The notes below the pieces were generated by a model that was not told where the DNA came from, did no database searches, and saw only the letters and a list, made by a program, of their open reading frames with translations. DNA of 35,464 nucleotides from Hydrurus foetidus (taxonomy: Eukaryota), in NCBI GenBank assembly GCA_900617105.1, contig UYFQ01000431.1:1-35464 (forward strand), given 5' to 3'. How positions within the stretch are numbered: the stretch's first letter is position 1; every line of letters begins with the position of its first letter. Position numbers and translations under genes: made by a program. Below are positions 13,529 through 23,113 of the stretch, piece by piece.

Positions 13529-13744
13529 CTTCAATTTGAAATGTAACTATGCAGTGACTGAACGTGCTTTCCCATATGATAATTCATTTTTGTGAAAATA
13601 ACATAAGTTTTTTGAATAAATTTTACCAGCGTTATCCCTGTAAATAGAAGGATTTATTCAAGCATTGCAACATCAACGGACTTTTAAAAACAATGATATG
13701 TCAAAACAAAAAAAATATGAAAATAGGTTAGTGATATTTAGTAT

Positions 13745-16257
13745 TTATTTCCTCTTCCTCTTGAGCTTATTATCCTTTTCATACGATGCGTAAATGTCCA
13801 ACTGCTCTTCCTCTTCTTCAGTCAACTTCTTCGTACTATTCTTTTTCCCTAATTCTTGTTGTGATCTTGTTACTGAACGATTGTTCGGTTTCGTATTTCT
13901 GGTCAGGAAAGGAGCTCTGCTGTTGACATCTTTACTGTTCGCTGTAGGTAACCCTATTTCCTCTTCCAAATCAGCAAGCTGCGAATCCTCCATGACTGTG
14001 TTCTCATTCTCATCAGAAGATGCAATGCTTTGTTTGAAGTATGCTATATCGGCTGAAGTCTCTGCTAAGATTCTATCTCGGCCTCGGATTGAGTTTCATC
14101 CATACGGTTTTCAATGGTGAATAAATTGGTCTGGCTTTCCTCCTCTATCCCATTACTCTGACTTTCTTCAGTGTGGTTGATGATGGCAGTGTTGGATGGA
14201 TCGGATTGGCTTTCAGTGGCTTGGGTTGTAGATGTTACTGTCTGACTTTCGTCTTCATCCGATGCGTTATTCCGTGATATGTAATCTTGATAATGGAAGC
14301 TCTTTGTTGTAACGGTTGGGTTTGGTTGTCTTCTCATGTCGTTTTTTTGAGTTTTCGTGAAGGGTTTCTCGAAGCTTTTCCTTAGCTGTAGTCGTGGGTC
14401 TATTCTTTGATTGGTTTTAACTTCACTTGAGTTGCTAGAGTTGCTAGAGTTGCTTGAGCTTGTGGAGTCGATATGGTTCGTTGTTTTGGTACGGTTGGTT
14501 GGAGTGTTTTCCTCATATACTCTGGTATCTTGAGCATTATTCGTCTTCACTTGACTTGACTTGCTTGAGTTGGTGGAGTTGGGACGGATGGTTGGAGTGT
14601 TTTCCTCATATACTCTGGTGTCTTTAGCTTTAATCGTTTTGACTTGACTTGACTTGGATGAGTTGGTACGGCCAGTAGGAATGTCCTGGGATTTATTACT
14701 CTTGACTTGACTTGAATAGCTGGAGTTGGTGGAGTTGGAAGGAACGTATTCCTTAAATATTCTTGGTGGATAAGAGGCAGTGGACCTTGAACGATTTGCT
14801 TTGCTCTCTTCCTCTTGCATTATAGGATTCCTCCTGTTTCCTTTCAATGATACTGAACTCTCAGTCGTGGAATCAATAACAGGGTTTGTTGTACTGTCTT
14901 CATCGGGTTCTACTCCAGAATCGGAATCAGAATATATCCCTTCCCCACGGTTGTCGTCATTTCTCCCACGGTTGCCGTCATCTTCTTCCTCGCTTCTCGT
15001 CCCATCAAAAGATTGATCGTCTCCTTGATTGTTATCTGAAGATTCATTGTCCTCATTATCACTTTCATTATCTGCATCTTTCACCTCCTCGTCAGATACA
15101 TCCGAATTCCATTTTTCAATAATTCCAGGTAGTAGTCCTGAGAAGTAGTAGTAGTCTCGATGCTACTCTTTGTGACATCACTAACAATTTCCCTTGTCTC
15201 ATCTTCGTCGGAAGAAGTATCACAAAGATTCGTAACCACCAACTCTTGACCTTGCTTTACAAAAGCACGGATGGTTTCCATGCATGCCTCTTTCTTGACT
15301 GGATCAGTCTCCATGTTCATCAAGAACTTCAGCTCTTCAAATCGCTGCATAAATTGATTAAATAAGATGGAGTTGCTTGATGTTTAGATGAACTCAATTA
15401 GTCAGCACTGATGACTTACACTGTTTCTCTTCTTGAGTTCAACAGCTTCCCGAGATACTTCCACTTGACGGTTCAAGACTTTCCGGTCCTTCTTGTTGTT
15501 CAGTTCTGTTCTCGTAGGTTCCTTCAAATCTTCATTGACTTTTGTGATTTCAGAAACTCTTTTCCTAGCCCTCTGCATCTTCCTCTGCTCTGCTTTTGAA
15601 GGGCGAGGAGCTGTAAAGGCAGGTCTCCCTTCAACGGGAACAGTTGATTTTCTATACAATGTATTGCAAAAATAAGGTTAGGGAACACTAGATGAAAATT
15701 GATAAAGTAGATTCTAACTTACTCAAGGAAGAAAGCTCTCTCAGAATGGTCAGCACCTCTGCCAAATTCAAGGAAGACTCCCCATTGAACTGGATATCAT
15801 GAGGATGAGAAGGGTTTCAAGCGGGATTTTTGGACTTCGCTTTCGATTCTTCCTGTTCGGCTAGAAATAAATCACGCCGTGTCTTCTTAAAGATATCCGC
15901 TTTTGTTTGACCAGATGGGGGTTGCCCATCAGGTCCCAAATGTTTCACATATATCGACGTGATATTATTGTTCACGTATTTCTTAATGGCGGCGTATTTC
16001 CTCCAGAGAGTAGCTCCATTGTGAAAATCCTTGTCACCGCAGGTAGCATCAAGATACCTCGATGAACGAAGGAATGTATTTTCTGGCGCATCGAGATTAC
16101 GCCTTCTTTTCAGAACATGATATTTAAATTGGGTAAACATCGCGGCATTGATGTCCTCTCCATGCATTTCATGACCAGGAATAGACAGACCAGCACGAGC
16201 TATGAGCACGTTCTGTTGGGACTTCACTTCATGCAACAGTTCTGAACTGGGAGACAT
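13745..16257 (-). pseudogene. Accessory gene of Harbinger B, fragmented, with a Ser/Thr/Asn/acidic low-complexity C-terminal region
   Basis: ORF 15817-16257 (GATLWRKYAAIKKYVNNNITSIY..PPSGQTKADIFKKTRRDLF), frameshift to *YPVQWGVFLEFGRG, GT-AG intron 15652-15722, then ORFs 15402-15659, 15081-15350, 14065-15084 and 13745-13993 on the same strand, convergent with the transposase. Confidence 0.65.
14400..14740 (-). repeat. Degenerate coding tandem repeats (SSQVKT / RVYEENTPT)
   Basis: GGTTGGAGTGTTTTCCTCATATACTCTGGT occurs twice and TTGACTTGACTTG three times. The peptide units recur in ORF 14065-15084. Confidence 0.8.
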
Positions 16258-16517
16258 TTGGAATGAAGCTAATAATTTATGTATTGGGCGTCATTGGAAA
16301 TCATCGATCACACAAAAAGTGCTCTTTCAATGTAATCTTCTCTGAAAAATGTCGTTTGCATTTTTTATTTTGTCGTTTTTTAGCGTCATAAGGCGATGTC
16401 GCCGGCGATATCTACAAAAAAAGGATCCAAATAATGTAAAATACATGCGTCATAAGGACTGGCCTAACACAATTTCATCCATATATATTTTGGTTCATTT
16501 TTTTGGATGATATTTTT

Positions 16518-16823
16518 GGATAGCGTGCCGTTATGTTCATCTAAATCTAAATTTACCTCGTATCCAATCAAGACATTGTATAATTAAATTTTTTTTGCAA
16601 GGGCTTCGCCTCGTTGCGGTTTGGAGTTATATTGATGACATCAATCAGGTTGAAAAATATAAGCATTTCATGTTGGATACCACTTCTCCCAGTCTTCCTT
16701 CGCTTTGATTGGATTCGTGGTAGATGAACTGGAGGAGGATGAACTGGAGGAGGATGGACTGGATGACGACTTAGCACTAGATGTTGTTACGGAGCTGATG
16801 GAGGAGTTCAAAGCATCTTCTGC
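16518..16823 (+). repeat. 306-bp direct repeat, copy 2
   Basis: Matches 11530-11835. Confidence 0.95.
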
Positions 16824-17466
16824 ATCATCTAGAGGATCCACAGTCGCGCTTTTGCCTTTCAAGTAGAAGGCTACCTTTCTGACTTCGTTCAGCACGTCTG
16901 CTTCAGTCCTCACGGAAGGAATTCCGTTCCTCGTTAGCCTAGTAGATATGACCTTCGTTTAGTAATAAGTAATGAATAGGACTTCAAAGATGGATTCACC
17001 TTTTATATATAGGCGTAAGAGTGTTGTTGATGGAGGTCGTCATCGAACTATAGTTGAGAATTTCAGAGGCTGTGCTAGTTGCAACCGTCAAGTAGATAAA
17101 AGGAATCTTTTTGACACGAGCGCCAAGGATAGGATGACGACAGAATTTCTCATAGTTGATTGGAAAATCCCGGACGAATAAAGCCTCTTGGGCAGTTTAG
17201 GTGTAGCACGATTGACTTTGAATCAGTAAACCACATTGACATATGACAAGGCCTTGTATTTGCTTGATCTCAGATATCCATAACTTGAAGGATTTCCGTT
17301 CGCTGGGGTTTAGGATGGGCTTGCCATCTCTTACTGTTGCTGTATTCGATCTCGTCGATGGCGAACCCAGCAAAGGATGCGAGATTAGCGTAGGCGGCGG
17401 CTTAACAGCTTTGGGCTTCACAGCTGCAGCCTTTTTGGGAGGCTTGACAGCCTTTACCTTCACCAT
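16668..17466 (-). pseudogene. Accessory gene remnant of Harbinger A
   Basis: MVKVKAVKPPKK..*..TSINNTLTPIYK, GT-AG intron 16939-16999, then RLTRNGIPSVRTEADVLNEVRKVAF..EKWYPT*. Collinear with the motifs of the B accessory gene. Confidence 0.6.
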
Positions 17467-19501
17467 TTGTTGATGATTTCTGATAAAGTGTTGGGAAATG
17501 TCCTGACTCAGGTTGTCTGCAACATGATTTTAGATAGGAGGAGAGCATCTAGAAAACAGGCCTCTATTTGGGATGAAATCGATCATCCGAAAAAAACCAG
17601 AAGCCTGTTTTTTTTGGATACGTCTTTTTGGATGATTACGGAATGCCTTCCGCTAAAATCATATCCAGAAAAGATGCAAATTTGACATTTTTGGATAACG
17701 TTAAGGAACGGCCTTATACAATAGCAGCAGTGACAACCGCTCAATCTCACACAAAATCCGTCCCTATGAAATATCTGGACAGAACATAAACTTCGGGTAC
17801 CAACACCATGAAAAGCCTTTAGGTCACTGATTTTGTTTTCAGATACCCTACCAACTTTTGAACGAATGGTTTTAATATCTGGCCACCACACTATCTTCCA
17901 TTCTTTTATGACAGTTTTTGAATTAGCATCAAATCTTGCCTGGGCCTTTTCTCCCGCGAATAACTCGAAAATGATTTTGTGTACTTCATATGGGCTTGAG
18001 AGGAATAAATCGTCAGCTTTAACCAATTTTGCTGTTTTGTTTTTCACAATTCCATCCAAACCGTCCCATATTCCTTTTCCATGTCCCGGACTTCCAAATA
18101 CCCATGTGTAAGAATAAGTGTTAAGCGAAGATAAAACATGGATAGAGCCTTTTTGTTTGAAATGTGCAGCTGCTCCATCGCTGCATATGTCGAAAGCTCT
18201 ATTTCTAGAAAACAAATCTGTTTCTCTTGTTTGATTCAATAGCCAATCATTAGGCCCGAGAAGTATATTAGACAAAAAGTGACGTACGAAGTATGGATCA
18301 TGTAGTTTGCTATCAGAAACCGATACAACCTCCCTTACTTTTATGTGTTCGCACATAAAAGAATTTTCCTTGGTGTCTTTAAGAATACGAAGACAAATAG
18401 TTGCTGCGCTGTTAACTTGATCTTCCGCTATCTCACCGTAAGCGTACACATTCCCACCCCCGTCTATTGTTTCACATACAATAGAAACTGGTTGTCCTCT
18501 TTATAACCCTAAAGGGGGTTTATCCCACACAGAAATATTCAAATACATCAAAACTGCAACGAAAATAGTCACTGAAGCTGAACTCCAATACCGTCTCCTT
18601 CCCTATTTTTATTTGAGTTGAGTGGTGTTTCCGGTAAACCAAATTATTTCGAAACCGATTCGCACACCGAGAAATATCATCGCAGAAGGTGGATCATGTC
18701 ACAAGACATCCATTATCTCAGAATTTAAGGACTTACACGACCGACCGTTTGACATCAAGGAGCGAGCAGCCTTGCAGTAATCAGTCGTGTGATTTTGAAG
18801 GTAGGCGGTGGCTTCGACAATTTAGAACTGACATGAATGTCGGGTGCTCCATCGAGTCAACTTTTCATGTGTATTCTGAATCGCCTACCGAATGAGACCG
18901 CAGTCGACGATGTAAAAGTGATTTTCGACGCAATTTACTACGTGCGGAGATCTTCAGCGAAAGTGCGATCATTTTACTGTGACCGACAGAACCTAAATTT
19001 CTTAGGCTGTCATGTTAGAGGGGATTAAATTCAAATGCCATGCATGTGGTCTGTTCGCTCTGGACAAAGAAATCAAAGTGCTAAGGGTGCGACTCATTAT
19101 CTGCAACGGAATCCGGAAAACGCTCATGGAACGATGGCATAACTTTGATTCCAAATCGAGTCTATACGAAGCACATGGGTTCACTCGATAACTTTTTGAT
19201 TTCCATTTCCTTCTCAGATGTCAATTGCATTCAAGTCCGAGCTCCTCAAAAAAACAGTGAGTCCAACTGTGGTATCTTTAATCCGGGAGAACACATCGGT
19301 CACATAACGAAATAATTTTTATTTTTGATTGCGCCAATCCTAGACATGTGTGAAGATTTACTATATCCTGCATTTGAATGTCACTTACAGTACAGTGATA
19401 CTAATCATACCAGGTTTGGTTATGATGTTGATGTCGTTGTAACGATCCGTCAGTATTCAAAGTATAATCAGGATCCTTTCTATCGATAAGAAGAGCTGAA
19501 A

Positions 19502-22005
19502 TTAAATCCATCTTGGTTTTGATACAGTCGTACATTCTAGGTTCCAGGTTCTTTTCAGTTCATAATGATATAATACCTTAAATATTGAAAATGATATTTT
19601 TTTATTTTGAAGGTCTAATACAGCATTCATAGCATTCTCATCCTCGCTATCATAATTAAGAAAGGCATTCATGGCTTGAATGACCTCAAAATTTTCACTT
19701 ATATCAACATTCGTTTCACCATGATAATTGTTGCGCGTTCCAGTAGGAACAATTCTCATTGTGCCGCCAATTTTATTAACATGATAGGGCTCAAATTGAT
19801 AAACAGTATCATCATCGCTATGTGTATGCAAACAACCCGTACTGATAAAAGATCTCACGATTCCTGCTCTAAATTTAGGATCCATAAATCCGGTAGCGAA
19901 GAGATCAAAGTCATTAATACCTTGCAGCATATCAGGTTTTGAGGGTTCAAACACTAATGATTTCCGATCCTCAGGATTCTTACTCGATTCTCTCTGATAT
20001 AATTTTGAATTTTCTTGAAAACTGGCGACTATACGTGATCCTCTGAGTTTTCTACTGTGGCACCCGCAGTTTTCAAACCATATCAACAATTTGCCAAGTT
20101 TATTTTTCAGCGGTTGAACAACGGTTTCTAGCCACATGATCATTCTTATTGTGTCGTTCCAAGCCTTGTATTGACTTGTGATAACAGCGCCTGTATCCTT
20201 GTGAATAATATACCAGCATTTGTGAACAGCCGTAATACTATTTATTAATCGTAAGCTCTTTGGTCCATAACATCAAAGTCCACCCATCTCTGACACCGAA
20301 TCTTTCGTTTTTGTTGAACATTGTTTTGATAACTGCCATATTAGATTGATCAGGACGATCTGCGGAGCTTACAGAATGCTTTATGATAATGAATAGAGGC
20401 GCGAAATCTCCTATCGCAAAGACTGCAATAATTGCCGTTATGCGCAGTTTCATATTTGGAACTCCAATATTCTGAGCGCGCGATTCATCGCTTGGGCAAT
20501 ATATGTACTCCGGCCCAATAGCATAGGTGAAGGCTGTTTCATCCATATTTAGTATTTGATTTGCAGTATACCCATAATCACTGATCATTTTCTGTCCAAT
20601 TCCCATGATTCTCATGACTTTGCTTGCCTCTGGTATTTTCTTATCATCTGTAGTGATTTATCTTCGCTTCATATTCGCTCTACTCAAAAAATCACGAACC
20701 CAATGGGGGCTGAACATCAAGCTTTTAACTGAAGAATCATCATCCCATTCGAACTGCATTTGTACTTTTTCGCAGCTTCGATGATCATACCATAAGAGTA
20801 AACCACACTGATAACGATGCGGGAGAGAAGCTTATCTATGCCATCAATCTGGATCAAGAGAAAAAAAAGAAAAAAGATACGTAAAAGAAAAAAAAAATAC
20901 GCATAAAAAAAACAAGAATAATAAAATGTACAAAAAAAAGATAATAATGGTAGACGGCGAAAATAGCACTATTGTAAAGTATTTGAAATGAAGAGACGTT
21001 ATGCCATCTTTATATTGGTGGAGCGTACCGTAATGATTATATATTCGCAGATCATGAGCTGTCCCCAAATAGCACATTCGAAACCCTTGTTAATTTTGCG
21101 CCCTGTCTTCGCTTTCACTAATCCCCTGTTCTTAAGCCATCTTTCAATTGAACTTTCTACTAGCTCTGAATATCCAATTAGATCCTGAAGCACCATCTTA
21201 GTTACACCTGCAACTTGCAACACAACATCGTAAATCCGGTGTACACGTGTCTTTTTTTCCTCACTGAATGTGATGTTTTTGTTTGACACTACAGCGACGG
21301 AGTTTGCTATTCGAATATCTTATAACATTGCATTCATGAGTGTTCTATTTCTTTCTTCCTCGTCGCCGAACAAACTCTTCGATATTGACTTGAGTGACGA
21401 AAGACTCCGAGATTCGTGGAACCATACGCAGAATAGATTTTCCGCAATTGCTCAGTTGCCTACTAGTCAGCTCCCCGCTTGTTTTGCGCCTCTTGTGTGT
21501 TAAAATGGGTAAAATCACTTACTCTATGGGAGTTGCTGCTCGCACTGGTAACTGCCGCTGCCACAAGAATGCCCCGATTTCTACACTGGAACTGTAAGTC
21601 TCTATGACAATACGATTTCACTAATTTTTTGGCTACATCATTCACTCCCTTTGATAACGCACTCAACTCAACAGTTGTCCTCGTATGAATCTGAAAAATA
21701 ATATCCCAGCCGTGAAGAACTTCAGGTAGGTCCAAAAAAAGCAGTATTAATGCAATCCCTCTAGCTCTCATTGAAACCAGCTCATGCCCGTGATTTCTAA
21801 TTTGTTTTTTGAACAGGTGGAGTCCCTGATGAAGTGCGAAAGGATTTATGGAGAAGTTTAGGTCGGTGCCGTACTGGAGGAGTTTCATCGCATCGGCAAT
21901 TGAATTTGGTGACCACTGATCCGGCCTGTTAGAGGACTGTAACGGATGCCAAACTATGACTGCTGCAACTGTCAGCACGCAATACTCCTCTGCAATATGC
22001 TCCAT
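19502..22005 (-). pseudogene. pogo-like (Tc1/mariner superfamily) DDE_1 transposase relic; 5' boundary uncertain
   Basis: ILNMDETAFTY, RITAIIAVFAIGDFAPLFIIIK, KAWNDTIRMIMWLE, LLIWFENCGCH, and a CENP-B-type FSPHWVRDFLSRANM upstream. Several stops and frameshifts. ORFs 20999-21289 and 21463-22005 are same-strand candidate upstream exons (GTAAGT..CTGACTAG near 21460-21522). Confidence 0.7.
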
Positions 22006-22547
22006 GCTTCTATCAAATGTGAAGATTTTGGATGCTTAGTTGACGTCAAATTTCGGTCTGAAAATGAGCGCACATTTCACGGAATGCTCAAGTACATTTC
22101 ATTCAACTTAAATTCAATTAGCGAGGATTCATCCTTACATCGGAAACTTGCTTTATTCTCGATAACGAAAACTTTCCTTCAAAAGTGGCAACTTCACGAG
22201 AACAAATAAATCAGAATAAATCCGACAGGCGCTGAAAAGCTGATCACTGTGGTCAAAGCTGAGGGTGAGCGTGACCACGGTGCTTCACCACTTCTCAAGT
22301 TGGTGTGATATTGAGTGAGATATGGTTTGTGCAAGTAGAGACTTCGTGATGATAATATGTGTTGATGGTGATGGAACTGAGATACAATCAAAAGGTCGTT
22401 TACTGGAATCTGATCAAAAAATAGGGAAGAAGACGGTAATCAGATTGAATAGAAGTGATGCGATCTGTGCAAACGAAATTTTGGGAGAAATCGACATCCA
22501 GAAGAAGTGTTAATGATAAGAAATGATGATCCTGCTCTCTATGTGTC

Positions 22548-23007
22548 TGTCAGACTAACCACCAACGTAGTTACGTCTGTTGTATAGTAGCAGATATAGT
22601 AGTATAGATACACGTTAGGTAGTACTGTATACATATATGTGTAACCGTACGTACACCATAGAACGTACACCGTACATACCAGATATGGCCGTTGGCGATA
22701 CATCCCATATTCGAAAGCATCCTTTCAGTGCCAACAACTGCTATGATCTTTCTTGCAACGCCACACATGATTTCACCTCTACCTTGCTCGCCACCTCGTT
22801 TGCCAGGTAGCCAATCACATGTTAGTTGCATATGCAGATTGCCAACTGCAGATCTTCTGTATCTTGTAAACCTAAGCAGATCTTAATCGATATAGCTTGC
22901 AGTTTCGCCGACACAGCGTTCTAGCCGAGTCTTGGAGTTCTACTGCAGTAGCCTCCACACCAGTTGGACTATAAGTCATCAGGTGATATCCTTTAGCCAG
23001 ATCCACA
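22548..23007 (+). repeat. 5' LTR of copia element
   Basis: TGTCAGACTA..GATCCACA; five substitutions versus 30231-30690 by eye. Confidence 0.97.
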
Positions 23008-23016
23008 TGGTAGCGA
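23008..23016 (+). promoter_or_regulatory. Primer binding site, probably initiator tRNA-Met
   Basis: TGGTAGCGA immediately after the 5' LTR; resembles the Ty1 PBS TGGTAGCGCC. Confidence 0.75.
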
Positions 23017-23113
23017 TTGATTGTTGAGAAATCACAAATCAAGTCTGAGAGATTTTTGGCGAAAAACTGATCATTTTTACCAACCAAAATTGACTTATCA
23101 GACAAGCAAAGCA

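Larger units (their letters stand above)
11833..16464. mobile_element. PIF/Harbinger element B (formerly autonomous, decayed), nested in A
   Basis: Left TGCTATTCCTTATGACGC versus right-end reverse complement GGCCAGTCCTTATGACGC (15/18). TAA follows the right TIR (16465-16467). Subterminal CCTTATGACG repeats. Contains a transposase and a convergent accessory gene. Confidence 0.8.
10684..17713. mobile_element. PIF/Harbinger element A (non-autonomous, carrying nested insertions)
   Basis: TIRs GGCCGTTCCTTAA..ACGTTATCC (from 10684) and GGATAACGTTAAGGAACGGCC (to 17713). TTA TSD at 10681-10683 and 17714-17716. Many subterminal TTTTGGAT motifs at both ends. Confidence 0.9.
10337..18600 (-). pseudogene. 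Sola-type (probably Sola2-like) DDE transposase relic, split by the Harbinger insertion at 10684-17713
   Basis: Motifs SDGAAAHFKQK and WVFGSPGHGKGIWDGLDGIVK (ORF 17583-18449), with YWSSASVTIFVAVL upstream in another frame (about 18545-18590). Removing 10684-17716 restores the frame GCHCCYCIR|GYCPEGF..CLSM*..FVGCVHVGHFVAI into ORF 10337-10528. Superfamily assigned from recalled motifs only. Confidence 0.65.

Noticed and set aside
9945..19310. TIRs for the Sola-type relic near 9945-9970 and 19282-19310
   Set aside because: Similarity is too weak and there is no TSD.
19383..21599. ACTTACAGT / ACTGTAAGT as TIRs of the pogo-like element
   Set aside because: Only a 9-bp match, and the right copy falls inside the upstream ORF; not supportable.
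22571..22886. Duplicated small ORFs (also at 30254-30569)
   Set aside because: They are identical only because they lie in the two LTRs.
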